This document shows, in pieces, positions 48,724 to 63,032 of a stretch of DNA of 64,000 nt; position 1 is the stretch's first letter, and each line of letters begins with the position of its first letter. Location: positions 8,744,001-8,808,000 of the forward strand of contig NC_086101.1 in the NCBI RefSeq assembly GCF_963921235.1, written 5' to 3'. The position numbers were made by a program, and so were the translations under genes. The notes under the pieces are model-generated. The model saw only the letters and a program-made list of their open reading frames with translations, ran no database searches and was not told the origin of the DNA. Source of the stretch: Mobula hypostoma. Lineage: Eukaryota.

Positions 48724-50206
48724 CATCTACGCGGAGGGTGCCCGGTCTTTCCCCCCATGGATTGGGGCCCGTTGTTGGTCGCTGCCTCGCAAACCCGTCC
48801 ACAGCTGCTGGGAGATGAGGGCTGTATCGCAGGGGCTGCTGATGCACCTCTGGAGGTCTCACCGCTCCCCTGTGCAATCTGACAAACTGAAGGCCAAGAG
48901 TGAACAAGCCGCGAAGGTAAACTCGTGTTTTAAGAAAATAAGTAAATAGAAGCAGGTGAGGCCATTCGGTCCCTTCGGTCTGCTCTCCCCTTCACTCAGA
49001 ACATGACTGGAGTGTGAGTGAGTGGAAAGGACTGAGGTTGATGCTGACATGGAGGAGGGGTGGGAGATGGAAGGAGTAGTGCTGAGGCAGAGAGGCCGGT
49101 GATGGGAAGGAGACGTCTCTGCCGGAGAGTGCTAAGTAGCAAGCAGGGTCCAGTAAATGGAGGGGTGTGGAAGTGTTGGAGGTGAGATGTCTGAGGAAGG
49201 GTAGACTGAGGGGAAGCAGCAGGGGAAATCCCGAAGGATAGGAAACACAAGGATGAGGAGCACCAATGGTGAGGGAGTACCAGGTGAGGCTGGGTGGAAG
49301 TGAAGAAGAGGCAAATGTCTGCGTTCTCTGTGTGTATTTGTGTGTGGTGGAGACAGAGAGAGAGTCTGAGACTTGTTCCAGGCTCCCCAGGTAGATGCAG
49401 GGATGATGTTTCTGGTAACGGGAGTGTCAGGATGAGGAGGCACAGTGAGGGGACGACCATTCAGAGGTGAATAAATGTATTTACCCAGCTCATAATCTAA
49501 CCGTGCTCTGCACATTTACACATCAACCAAGTTGAAGAGAGATGTGTATAGAGTTTGCATACGAAGTGAATCAGTAGAAATTGCATTAGCACAGGGAAGT
49601 GGTATTGGTCATGTCTAATGGGAGAGCAGGTGTGAGGGGCTGAATGGCCTCCTTGCTTCGATTTCTGATGTTCTTCAGAGCAGTGTACAGACTGACCAGA
49701 GGGAGGATAGAAAGATCCAGGGAATGAATAGCGGTGTAAAGCAGGAAGGTAAAAAAAGTGATTAAATATCAATTATTTAAATTGTCAGGCAAATATCTCT
49801 GACACTGAAATGGGGGATCTGGATGCAGCAGAAGATTGTGAGGTGTCGGATACACTGGGATTACTCTAACACGGATGCAGGAAAACTTCCTGACTTCACT
49901 CTTGCACAGCCCTGCTCTGATGTAAGGTCCCACTCTTCCTAATTAGACTAATGGAGGTAGACAGCGCGCCCACAGGCCCTTCGGCGTAATATGTCCCTGA
50001 CAACCAAGGTGGTTTCCTCAGCACGTCCCATTTGACGGCATTTGGCCAGCATTCCTCTCAATGTTTTCAATCAAGTACTTGTTTGAATGTCTTAAAATGT
50101 TTCAGTTCTATCGGCCTTTACCATTTCCTCTGGCAGCTCATCCCATTTACCGACCTCCGTCTATGTGGGAAATTTGCCACTCAGGTCCCCTGCTGATCTT
50201 TACCAT

Positions 50207-51453
50207 ATGAGTTCGCCTACCAGCCCCCGACTAGGAGTTGAGGATGCCATCGTCTATCTGCTGAACCGTGTCTACGCCAACCTGGAAATGCCAGCGAGCA
50301 CTGCGAGGGGGTCATGTTCTTTAACTTCTCCAGTGCGTTCAACACCATCCGCCCTGCTCTGCTGGGGGAGAAGCTGACAGCGATGCAGGTGGATGCTTCC
50401 CTGGTGTCATGGATACTTGATTACCTGACTGGCAGACCACAGTACGTGTGCTTGCAACACTGTGTGTCCGACAGAGTGATCAGCAGCACTGGGGCTCCAC
50501 AGGGGACTGTCTTGTCTCCCTTTCCCTTCACCATTTACACCTCAGACTTCAATTACTGCACAGAGTCTTGTCATCTTCAGAAGTTTTCTGATGACTCTGC
50601 CGTAGTTGGATGCATCAGCAGGGGAGATGAGGCTGAGTACAGGGCTACGGTAGGAAACTTTGTCACATGGTGTCAGCAGAATTATCTGCAGCTTAATGTG
50701 AAAAAGACTAAGGAGCTGGTGGTAGACCTGAGAAGAGCAAAGGTACAGGTGACCCCTGTTTCCATCCAGGGGGTCAGTGTGGACATGGTGAAGGATAACA
50801 AATACCTGGCGATACGAATTGACAATAAACTGGACTGGTCAAAGAACACTGAGGCTGTCTACAAGAAGGGTCAGAGCCGTCTCTATTTCCTGAGGAGACT
50901 GAGGTCTTTTAACATCTGCCGGACGATGCTGAGGATGTTCTACGAGTCTGTGGTGGCCAGTGCGATCATGTTTGCTGTTGTGTGTTGGGGCAGCAGGCTG
51001 AGGGTAGCAGACACCAACAGAATCAACAAACTCATTCGTAAGGCCAGTGATGTTGTGGGGATGGAACTGGACTCTCTGACGGTGGTGTCTGAAAAGAGGA
51101 TGCTGTCCAAGTTGCATGCCATCTTGAACAATGTCTCCCATCCACTACATAATGTACTGGTTGGGCACAGGAGTACATTCAGCCAGAGACTCATTCCACA
51201 GAGATGCAACACAAAGCGTCATAGGAAGTCATTCCTGCCCGTGGCCATCAAACTTTACAAATCCTCCCTTGGAGGGTCAGACACCCTGAGCCAATAGGGT
51301 GATCCTAAACTTATTTCCTGGCATAATTTACATATTACTATTTAATTATTTATGGTTTTATTACTATTTAATAGTAATGGTGCAGCAGTAACGAAAACCA
51401 ATTTCCCCCGGGATCAATAAAGTGTGACTATGACTATGACCATGACCATGACT
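50207..51453 (+). mobile_element. Rex1/Babar-clade LINE, 5'-truncated, inserted in an old CR1 3' end
   Basis: FSSAFNTI, TGAPQGTVLSP, KFSDD, LNVKKTKELVVD; (TGACTA)n tail. Confidence 0.9.
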
Positions 51454-52597
51454 ATTAAATCTATATCCTCTAATTTTAGTCCCCACTACCCTGGGGAAAG
51501 ACTGTGACCATCGATCTCATCACTGCCCTGCAGGATTTCATAAAGCACAATACTGTCAACCCTTAGTCTCCTTTGCTTCAGGGAAAACAGTCCAGGTCGA
51601 TCCTTATTCTCCTGAAGCCCTTAAGCCCGGTAACATTCTTGTGAATCTTGTCTGCACACATTCCAGCTGAATGTCATCCTTTCTACAGCTCGGTGACCAG
51701 AACTGCACCCAGTACTCTGAGTGTGGTCTCACCAATGTCTTGTACAACTGTAACATGACAAACCATCTCATGTACTTAATGCCGCGATCGATGAAGGCCA
51801 GCGTACCATACACCCTCTTCACTACACTGTCTACCTGTGTCTCTACTCTCAGGAACTATGTACTTGTTCCCCTGGGTATTTCCATTCTACAACATTCCTC
51901 AGCGCCCTAACATTCACTGTGTACATTCTGTCCTGGTTTTAACTTCTCAAAGTACATCTCTTCTCACTTGATTGAGTTAAAGTTATTCTGCCATTCCTTT
52001 GCTCAGATTCTCAGTTAATTGAGGTCCTGTTGTAACTTTAGACAAACTTCACTGACTACCACATCACCAATTTCGGTGTCGTTCACAGTTTACTCATCAT
52101 GTCACCAAAATTCACAGCGAAAAAGACACAAAGATACAATTATGTGATTCATTACTGGGTGAATATTATTTCAGTAAGAGATCCATCAATTCCACTTGCA
52201 AAAAATACCCATAGACTCTCAAACTTCCCAATTATTACTCTGAGTTTAAGTTTGAAATCTCAGTCTTAATGCCTGAATTACATTCATTCACTCTGTCGGG
52301 CCATGTTAGGTGTTCTATGTGTTATCTGATCGGCATCGGGACCCCGATGTATGAGATGATTTTCTTTGGATTAAGTTCAGCTGCGCTAAAGTTAGCAGAC
52401 TCATTTTTGCCTAATTTTCTTAACAAATGTTAATCTTCATTGATGTTATTTCAGTAGAAAACTCAGACTGCTTACATGTAAAACTCACCCCATCCCAATA
52501 TTTAAACCAGCTGGTGTCGCAATATTTTAATTTCCATCCCTGGGTCCAGATTGTGGCCTGCACACAGAGCACAAACTATCACACATGGTAGACCATG

Positions 52598-54690
52598 CTA
52601 CACACACAAAATGCTGGAGGAACTCAGCAGGTCGGGCAGCATCTATGGAAAATAAAACATTTGACGTTTCGGGCTGAAATCCTTCGGCAGGACTGGAGAA
52701 AAAGGCTGAGGAGTTGAATTGAAAGGTGGGGGAGAGGAGAGAGAAACACCAGGCAATCGGAGAAATTTGGAGTGAAGAAGCAAAGAGCTGAGAAGTTGAT
52801 TGCTGAAAGAGACAGAAGGCCGTGAAGAAAGAAGGGAGAGAGGAGCACCAGAGGGATGAGATGGGCAGGCAAGGAGCCAACATGAGAGAGGGAAAGGGGA
52901 TGGGAAATGGTGAAGGAGGGTGGAGGCATTACTGGAAGTTTGAGAAATCGATGTTCGTGCCGTCAGGTTGGAGGCTACCCAAATGGAATATAAGGTGTTG
53001 TTCATCCAGCCGAAGTGTGGCCTTATCATGACAGTGGAGAAGGCCATGGAATGGGAATGGCAAGTGAAACTAAAATGGGTGGCACTGCGAGATCCCACTT
53101 GTTGGTGGATGGAGCATTCATGCCCGGCAAAGCGGTCTCCCAATCTACGTCGAGTCTCATCGATATACAGCAGGGCACACCGGCAGATCAAACACAGTGT
53201 GCGACCCCAACAAACTCACAGGTGAAGTATTGCCTCACCTGAAGGACTTTTTGGGGCCCTGAATGGTAGTGAGGGAGGAGTTGTAGCACTTGTTCCGCCT
53301 GCAAGGATAAGTGCCAGGAGGGAGATCAGTGGAGAGGGACGAATAGACAAGGGAGTCGTGCAGGCAGCGATCCCTGCGGAAAGCAGAAAGTGCGGGGGAG
53401 TGAAAGATATGTTTGGTGGTGGGACCCAGTTGGAGTTGGCGGAGGTTTTGGAGGATTATGTGCTGGACGCCGAGGCTGGTGGGGTTGCAGGTGAGGACAA
53501 GAGGAACACTATCCCTGGTAGGGTGGCGGAAGGATGGGGTAAGAGCAGGTGTGCGTGAAATGGAAGAGGTGCGGTTGAGGGCGGGATTGATGGTGGAGTA
53601 AGGGAAGCCCATTTCTTTGAAAAAAAAAGACATCATCTTCATTATAGAGTGGAAAACCTCATTCTGAGAGCAGATACAATGGAGATGGAGGAATTGAGAG
53701 AAGGGGATGGCGTTTTTACAGGTAGCACGGTGGGATGAGGTTTAGTTCAGGTAGCAGTGAGAGTCTGTTGGTTTATAATGGACATCGGTGGATAAGTTGT
53801 CTCTGAAGATAGCTCTTCCAAAGTGGAATTCAGAAAGGGAAGGGATGTGTTGGAAATGGACCAGTGAATTTGAGGGCAGGGTAGAAGTTGGAGGTAAAGT
53901 GGATGAAATCGACATGTTCATCACGCGTGCAGGAATCAGCACTAATACAGTGATCGATGTAGCATAGGAAAAGTGCAGGACGCTCACGAGTGTTAGCTTG
54001 GAACATAGACTGTTCCACATACTGACAAACAGGCAGGCATGGCTGGGACCCAGGCGAGTGCCCATGGCTACCATTTTTGTTTGAAGGAAGTGAGAGGAGC
54101 CAAACAAGAAATTATTAAGAGTGAGGACAGGTTCCACTTGGCGGAGGAGAGTGGTGGTGGAGGTCTGGTTGGGTCTGGTGTCCAGAAAGAAACGGAGCAC
54201 TTTGAGGCCTTCCTGGTGGGGGATGGAGGTGTACAGGGACAGACAACTACAGTGAAATAAGATGATGGGGACCAGGGAACTTGAAAGATCAAGCTCGTGT
54301 GAGGTGTCATGGATGTAGACGGGAAGAGACTGAACCAAGGGGATAAAACAGAGTCACGGTTTGCAGGTACTAGTTCAGTGGGGCAGGAACAAGTTGAAAC
54401 AATGGACAAACGGGTTTGTGAATTTTGGGTAGGAGATAGAAATGGGAGGCGTGGGTTGCGGGAACGATGAGGTTGGTGTCGGTGGATGGGAGATTCTCAG
54501 AGCAATAAGGACAGTGATGGTGAGGGAGACAATGGTCTGGTGTTCCTTAGTGGGGTCCTGTTCAAGGGGTATGTAAGAGGAGGTGCCTGACAGTTGATGC
54601 TGGGCCTCAGCAAGATAGAGGTCAGTATGGCCAGACCACTACAGCAGCTCCCTTATCTGCGGGTTTGATGGTGAGGTTAGGATTAGTACC
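52598..54690 (-). mobile_element. Older, frameshifted Penelope element
   Basis: LYTSIPHQEGLK, VAMGTRLGP, CYID and LLYIDETRRRLG remnants. Confidence 0.9.
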
Positions 54691-55428
54691 GTCTTCAAGT
54701 GGTAAAACTACCAACCCAGGCAAGGATTATAACACACAAGTAGTTTCCACACAAGGTTACCCCAAACACACAACTGTGATAGCGACTTATCCAGTTCCAC
54801 AACGTACGAAATAACTCCAACAGTGATTTGCCACAGGGGCGCCTTTTTCAGTGAACTAACACGCCCAACCAAGGGTAACACACAAGTGGTTTTCAGAAAG
54901 GTTTTCCCCTCACCAGAGAGCCCACTACATGACAATCACACCTTTGTATTTGAATAGAACTCAAACTCACCCTTACGGGCTACAGAGGAGAGAGTCCAAA
55001 CAGTGACCTCTTTGTCACCAGCTTCCTTCTGTTTCAAACCTTCCTCTCCCCTCTTCTCTTCCTGCAAACTTGTTCTAGTTGCAGAAAACTTGTGAGAGTC
55101 ATCTATCAATACTCAGGATCAATCTCAACTCACCCCTTTTGGGCTACTGAAAGTTTAAACCAGGACCTCACTCTCTGGTGTCTTTCATTGATCGAATCCA
55201 TCTTGACTCTGAGCATGTGTTTCTCTGTGTCTGTAACTGTCCTTGTAAAAAGTAAACACGCTGCAGAGAAATCATAACATCGATTGTCCATCAAATAACG
55301 CCGCCCTCGGTCACCATGGCGACCCACGAGCTGCTCGTTGCTCTCCCCCTCTCTCTCTCTGAATCAGCTGCACCCGCTCTCTCTTTTTAAAGGTAGAGTC
55401 CATAAGAGATAATTCAAGATCCCGTCAC
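54691..55428 (-). mobile_element. Truncated LTR-like repeat
   Basis: Ends in GTCACA (TGTGAC on the minus strand); related to 26631-27200. Confidence 0.5.
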
Positions 55429-56115
55429 ACAAGTCCCATTGCATCTCTGTATTTTGATTTCTCTCCCCATCCAAATAATAGTCTGCCCGTTTATTCTTCC
55501 TCCAATGTGTATGACCAGACACTTTCTAACGTTGTATTTCATTTGCCACTTCTTTGCCCATTCCCCTAAACTATCAAAGTCTCTCTGCAGTCTCTCTGTT
55601 TCCTCAACACTACCTGCTCTAAGAGGAGCTGACCAACCCCTCAAAGCAATTCATCACAGTGGATGTGAGTTACTGGACAGTAGCAGGTCAGGCAGCATCA
55701 ATAACCGGTCAACGTACGGACCGAGATTCCACCAAAAATGGAGAATGGGGAAGAAGTGAGAATATGGTGGGTCGGGGTGGGGAGGGGAGGGAAGGAGTAA
55801 AAATTGGCAGGTGAAAGGTGAGACAAAATGAGATGGGCGTGTGGTTGGGGGAGGCGGTGAATATGAAGCTGGGCAGGTGGAAGAGTTAAAGGGCCGAAGA
55901 GGATTGTGATGGGAGTGCACAGTGGACCCATCCCCCCGCCCCTAGAGGCAGCCAGACTGGTGGGTCATCTCAGCTGTGTCTCCACCTGGTTGAGCCGAAT
56001 CCAACTTGACAACAATGTGCAGAATGGTCACTCATCGCCCTGTTGTAGTGACTGATGCTGAGATACATCCCAGGATGTGCTGGAGCACGTCATCAGTAAT
56101 GTAACTTAGACCATG

Positions 56116-59100
56116 GAACATAGAACATAGAATAGTACAGCACAGTACAGGCCCTTCGGCCCACAATGTTGTGCCGACCCTCAAACCCTGCCTCCCATAT
56201 AACCCCCCAACTTAAATTCCTCCATATACCTGTCTAGTAGTCTCTTAAACTTCACTAGTGTATCTGCCTCCACCACTGACTCAGGCAGTGCATTCCACAC
56301 ACCAACCACTCTCTGAGTAAAAAACCTTCCTCTAATATCCCCCTTGAACTTGCCAGCCCTTACCTTAAAGCCATATCCTCTTGTATTGAGCAGTGGTGCC
56401 CTGGGGAAGAGGCGCTGGCTATCCACTCTATCGATTCCTCTTATTATCTTGTACACCTCTATCATGTCTCCTCTCATCCTCCTTCTCTCCAAAGAGTAAA
56501 GCCCTAGCTCCCTTAATCTCTGATCATAATGCATACTCTAAACCAGGCAGCATCCTGGTAAATCTCCTCTGTACCCTTTCCAATACTTCCACATCCTTCC
56601 TCCAGTGAGGTGACCAGAACTGGACACAGTACTCCAAGTGTGGCCTAACCAGAGTTTTATACAGCTGCATCATTACATCGCAACTCTTAAACTCTATCCC
56701 TCGACTTATGAAAGCGAACACCCCATAAGCTTTCTTAACTATCCTATCCACCTGTGAGGCAACTTTCAGGGATCTGTGGACATGTACCCCGAGATCCCTA
56801 TGCTCCTCCACACTACCAAGTATCCTGCCATTTACTTTGTACTCTGCCTTGGAGTTTGTCCTTCCAAAGTGTACCACCTCACACTTCTCTGGGTTGAACT
56901 CCATCTGCCACTTCTCAGCCCACTCCTGCATCCTATCAATGTCTCTCGGCAATCTTCGACAATCCTCTACACTATCTACAACACCATCAACCTTTGTGTC
57001 GTCTGCAAAATTGCCAACACACCCTTGTACCCCCACATCCAGGTCGTTAATAAAAATCACAAAAAGTAGAGGTCCCAGAACAGATCCTTGTGTGACACCA
57101 CTAGTCACAATTCTCCAATCTGAATGTACTCACTCCACCACGACCCTCTGCCTTCTGCAGGCAAGCCAATTCTGAATCCACCTGGCCAAACCTCCCTGGA
57201 TCCCATGCATTCTAACTTTCTGAATAAGTCTACCGTGTGGAACCCCGTCAAAAGCCTCAACTATATGCCTGATCACCTCCTCAGAAAACTCTATCAGGCT
57301 TGTTAGACACGACCTGCCTTTCAGAAAGACATGTTGACTCTCACTGATCAGACCATGATTCTCTAAATTCGTAAGGCCGGTGATGTTGTGGGGATGCAGC
57401 TGGGTTCTCTCAGGGTGGTGTCTGAAAACAGGATGCTGTCTAAGTTGCATGCCATCTTGGTCAATGTCTCCCATCCACTACATAATGTACTGGGTGGGCA
57501 CAGGAGTACATTTAGCCAGAGACTCGTTCCTCCGAGATGCAGCACAGAGCGTCATAGGAAGTCATTCCTGCCTGTGGCCATCAAACTTTACAAATCCTCC
57601 CTTGGAGGGTCAGACACCCTGAGCTGATAGGCTGGTCCTGGACTTATTTCATAATTTACTGGCATAATTTACATATTACTATTTAACTATTTATTACTAT
57701 TTTTCTCTTACTATCCTATTACTATTTATTATTTCCTTGACTATTACTATTTACTATTTACTAATAGTAGTATTACTGTTACTATTTCTATTCCAATTTA
57801 TTATTCATGGTGCAAATGTAACGAAAACCAATTTCCCCCGGGATCAATAAAGTGTGACTATGCCTATGACTAAATGCCTATAGATCCTACCTCTAAGAAT
57901 CTTTTCCAACAGCTATCCCACCACAGACAGAAGGCTCACTGGTCTATAATTACCCGGACTATCCCTACTACCTTTTTTGAACAAGGGGACAATGTTCGCC
58001 TCCCTCCAATCCTCCGGTACCATTCCAGTGGACAACGAGGACATAAAGATCCTAGCCAGACGCTCAGCAATCTCTTCTCTCGCCTCATGGAGCAGCCTGG
58101 GGAATATTCCGTCAGGGCCCGGGGATGAATCTGTCCTAATGTATTTTAACAACTCCAACATCTCCTCTCCCTTAATATCAACATGCTCCAGAACATCAAC
58201 CTCACTCATATTGTCCTCACCATCATCAAGTTCCCTCTCATTGATGAATACCGAAGAGAAGTATTCATTGAGGACCTCGCTCACTTCCACAGCCTCCAGG
58301 CACATCTTCCCACCTTTATCTCTAATCGGTCCTACCTTCACTCCTGTCACCCTTTTTTTCTTCACATAATTGAAGAATGCCTTGGGGTTTTCCTTTACCC
58401 CACTCGCCAAGGCCTTCTCATGCCCCCTTCTTGCTCTTCTCAGCCCCTTCTTGAGCTCCTTTCTTGCTTCCCTATATTCCTCAATAGACCCATCTGATCC
58501 TTGCTTCCTGAACCTCATGTATGCTGCCTTCTTCCACCTGACTAGATTTTCCACCTCACCTGTCACCCATGGTTCCTTCACCCTACCATTCTTTATCTTC
58601 CTCACCAGGACAAATTTATCCCTAACATCCCACAAGAGATCTCTAAACATCAACTACATGTCCATAGTACATTTCCCTGCAAACACATCACCCCAATCCA
58701 CACCCGCATGTTCTAGCCTTATAGCCTCATAATTTGCCTTTCTCCAATTAAAATTTTTACTGTCCTCTCTGATTCTATCCTTTTCCATGATAATGCTAAA
58801 GGCCAGGGAGCGGTGGTCACTGTCCCCCAGATGCTCACCCACTGAGAGATCTGTGACCTGACCCGGTTCATTACCTAGTACTAGATCTAGTATGGCATTC
58901 CCCCTGGTCGGCCTGTCCACATACTATGACAGGAATCCGTCCTGGACACACTTAACAAACTCTGCCCCATCTAAACCCTTGGAATTAATCATCTGCCAAT
59001 CAATATTAGGGAAGTTAAAGTCACCCATGATAACAACCCTGTTATTTTTGCACCTTTCCAAAGTCTGCCGCCCAATCTGCTCCTCTGTATCTCTGCTGCT

Positions 59101-59863
59101 ACCAGCGGGCCTATAGAATACCCGCAATAGAGTAACTGCTCCCTTCCTGTTCCAGACTTCCACCCATATTGACTCAAATGAGGATCCTGCTACATTACCC
59201 ACCCTTTCTGTAGCTGTAATAGTATCCCTGACCAGTAATGCCACCCTTCCTCCCCTTTTTCCGCCCTCTCTATCGCTTTTAAAGCACTGAAATCGAGGAA
59301 TATTGAGAATCCATTCCTGCCCTGGTGCCATCCAAGTCTCTGTAATGGGACTACATCATAATTCCATGTATGTATCCAAGCTCTCAGTTCATCACCTTTG
59401 TTCCTGATGCTTCTTGCATTGAGGTACACACATTTCAGCCCTTCTACCTTACTGTCTTTACACCTCTCCGTATGTTAGATCTGGCTTTACTCCATGTACT
59501 TCTTTCACTGCTCTATCGCTCTGGGTCCCATCCCCCGCGCAAATTAGTTTAAACCCCCCCGAACCATGCTAGTATACCTACCTGCAAGGATATTGCTCCC
59601 CCTCAAGTTCAGGTTCAACCCATCCAATCTGTACAGGTCCCACCTTCCCCAGAAGAGATCCCAATGATCAGAAAATCTAAATCCCTGCTCCGTGCGCAAA
59701 CTCCTCAGCCACGCGTTCAACTGCCATCTCCTCCAATTCTTACCATCACTGTCACGTAGCACTGGCCGCAATCCTGAGAACATCACCCTTCAGGCCCTGT
59801 TCTTCAGCCTTCTGCCTACTTCCCGAAACTCAGATTTCAGGACCTCATCCCTCTTCCTGCCTG
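56116..59863 (-). mobile_element. CR1 LINE subfamily A (ORF1 esterase C-terminus plus disrupted ORF2)
   Basis: QLNAWLR..DHWDLFWGRWDLYRLDGL, YLNARSIRNK, RT motifs, (TTCTATG)n tail. Confidence 0.95.
57369..57869 (+). mobile_element. Rex1/Babar 3' fragment nested in CR1
   Basis: Matches 51035-51450; TSD CTAAAT at 57363-57368 and 57870-57875. Confidence 0.92.
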
Positions 59864-60168
59864 CGGTTAGCGGGTGTTCTGGGTCTTTCAGGTGACCCGG
59901 CCAAGGTCAGTCAGCCCTGACTTGTGTCCTTGCATCATGGGTCCATGGTTCACGCCTCTTAAACCATATACATTTGGAAGCTCACTCAGCATCCTATGAG
60001 ATGGTCCTAAAGGCTCTTTTCTTTGCAGCCTCCGTAATTTCAAAGAAAAAGGTAGTTCAGCATAGCGAGAGGCAGCAAAACAGATACAACCCACCTCTAT
60101 ATGCTCACATAGTTCCCTCCACCCGTCTCTCTACCAGCTCCTGGTACTTGGCTTTCATACGTTCATAC
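59864..60168 (-). mobile_element. HERO-like (restriction-like endonuclease) non-LTR element 3' fragment
   Basis: Degenerate YERMKAKYQELVE..IEVGC..FAA..AAKKRAFRTIS..ASKCIWFKRREPW, followed by a GGGTCACCTG..GAAAGACCC..AACACCC 3' UTR. Confidence 0.7.
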
Positions 60169-60605
60169 CAGATTTCTGTCCCAAGAGAGTGGAAAGGAAA
60201 ATACAAATACAGCGAACAATAGTACTTGGGTGAGATCAGTGGAATCAATTTGTTGCACTGGGAATATGGTCAAGAAAATGCACCAGCACCTCTTTCTGCT
60301 CAGGAGGCCAAAGAAATTCGTCATATCCCTTCAAGTCAAGTGTATTGTCATCTGACTGTACATATATACAACCAACTAAAACATCGTTCCTCCAGACCAC
60401 AGTGCACCAATATAACATACCTCAGTATATTTTTATTTATTTGAACAATTTATCTTCTTCTGCACATTGCTTTGTTGTCAGTCTTTGTTTAAGTAGAGTT
60501 TTCCTGAATTCTATTTTTTTTTCTTTATTTTCTTGTAAATGCCAGCATAAAAATGAATCTCAAGGTTGTACATATAGGTATTTGAAAATAAATTTTACTG
60601 AACTT

Positions 60606-61900
60606 TGAAACCTTCCTGAGCACACCTGACAAACTGCACCACATCTAAACCCCTTGCTTGAAGGAGATGCCAGTCAATATCAGAAAAGTTAAAATCACCC
60701 ATCATAACAACCCTATTATTATTGCACCGTTCCATAATTTGCCTCCCTGTCTGCTCCTCGATGCCTCTGTTACAAGTGGGTGGTTTACAAAAAACACCCT
60801 TTAGAGTTATTGCCCCCTTCCTGTTTCTGACTTTCATCTACAATGACTCAGTAGACAATCCCTCCATGACTTCCCCCTTTTCTGCAGCCGTGTACTATCC
60901 TTCATTAGCAATGCCATGCTCCCACCTCTTTTTGTCTCCCTCTCTGATCTTTTTGAAACATCTAAAGCCGAGCACACTCAGTAGAGATTCCTTCCCTTGA
61001 CACATCCAAGTCTCTGTAATGACCACAACATCATAGTTACACATATTGATTCATGCTCTAAGTTTATCTGTCTTGTTTATGGCACCCCTTGCATTAAATT
61101 AGACATATCTCCATCCATCTGACTGAGTACATCTTTGCTCTGTCATCTGTCTATCCTTCCTCACAGACTCCTTACAGACTGTCTCTACTTGTGTGCCAAC
61201 CACCCCATCCTCTGCCTCTTTACTTCGGTTCCCAGTCCTCTGCAAATCTAGTTTAAACCCTCACTAATAGCATCGGCAAACCTCCCCTGCAGGATATTCT
61301 CAGCCACTCTGAGTCTTAAAGCTGACCACTGTGCTATTGGTCTGGCTGCTGCTGCCTTGCCCAGATAGGTCCTCCCCCTCAGCAGTATCCAAAGGGGTAT
61401 ACCTGTTGCTGAGGGGAATGGCCACAGGGAGACCCTGCACTCTCTGCTTTCTCCCTTTACCTCTCTAGGTGATCACCCATCTACTCCCTGAATTTTGTAC
61501 TCTGGGTGTAACCACCTGCTCAAAAGTCTTATCTATCAATTGCTCTGCCTCCCGGATGTTCCTTAGTTCATCTGACACCAGCTCCAGCTCCTTAATGTGG
61601 TCTTTCAGGAGCTGGAGTTGGCTGCACTTCCTGCAAGCGTAGTCATCGGGGATACAATCAGGTTCCATGAATTCCCACATCCAATAGGAGGAGCATTACA
61701 CTGCCATATCTACCATCCACCCTGCAGTGTACTATGGGCAACCAAGACCAAATCAGCAACAACAAAAGGAAAAACCTACCCTCCTTACCTGTTCCTTTGG
61801 CGTCAGCCTCTTCTTGTCGAAGCCTCTTGAGTCAAAGTCTCTAAGTTCCCACTCTGACATGAGCCCCCACTCCGACGATGGCCGCTCCGCTAGACCCTAT
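60606..61900 (-). mobile_element. Old CR1 5' part (ORF1 zinc finger and endonuclease)
   Basis: MWEF..DYACRKCSQLQLLKDHIKELEL; RVVMMGDFNF. Confidence 0.85.
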
Positions 61901-62439
61901 CTTTCTTTCATGGTTGAAGAGATAAGAAAAATCCCACACAAGAAGAAATAACTCAACGTGTTTGGTGGTGCACACCCTGCCTTCCACTGGTGCTGGAGTG
62001 TCCAATTTTTTGAGAAGCCCAGGTAAATGGAAAAGCTCTCAGCCCGTCTCCCAATCGCAACTTCGCAAATGATCTGCCACCGTTGACCACTTCAGCACAG
62101 AATGGAAAATTTTGGTTGTTTGCAGCTTGTTATACATGAACAAACAAGATTCTGCTGGTACTAGAAATCCAGAGTAACACTCACAAAATGCTGGAGAGGA
62201 TCAGCAGGTCAGGCAGCATCTATGGAGACAAATGAAGAGTCAACTTGTCCGAGACTCTTCATGCAGATTCTTCATTGTTTGTTCTGCTCCATTAATACTG
62301 CCTGATATAGTCATTGATGCACAGGTTGGTTGTCGTGTACGTGTCCAAATTTCTTTTAACTAGAACACACAGCATTGAGCGATTATTTAAAACGACAGAT
62401 TCGCGGGAATTCGTCCATTGTATGTGGCCTATCAGTGGT

Positions 62440-63030
62440 GGCAACTAATCCCGACGAACTAAATAAAAGTACAGAAGGGATAAGTGAAGCGGCCTTTGTC
62501 GGGGCGGCCAGTGGCGAGAGTATAAGCAACAGGTTTTTGATATTTTCTTTGCATTTTCTTTGAGGAATGGAGAGCATGCTGGTAGGGTTAGTATTTTACT
62601 CTGGGTATCAGAGGTGGGAGTTCTGGGAATCTTCTAGTTTTCCACATGGCCACATCTGCGCCAAATGCACCGAGATGCAGCTCCTGAGAGACTGTGTTAG
62701 GGATCTGGAACTGTGACCGACAGCTTATTAGGGAGAGTGAACAGGAGACAGAGAGGAGCTACAGGTCGTCGGTCACCCCGAGGCTGCAGGAGTTACATAA
62801 GTCAGGGAAGCGAGGGAAAGAGCTCAGATGGTAGAGAGCACCCCTGTGGCTGTCCCCCTCAGTAATCGTTATCTCGTTTTGGATGCGGTTGAGGGGGATG
62901 ACCTGACAGAGGATGACCACGGCGATCGGGTCTCTGGCACTGAGCCTGGGTCCATGATGCAGAAGACAAAGAGGAAGATAAGGAATGCCGTAGTTATAAG
63001 GGATTGCATGGTGAGGGGAACAGACAGGAG
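62440..63030 (+). mobile_element. Old CR1 5' UTR and ORF1 fragment
   Basis: HICAKCTEMQLLRD and ESTPVAVPLSNRY..AVVIRDCMVRGTDRR. Confidence 0.8.
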
Positions 63031-63032
63031 AT

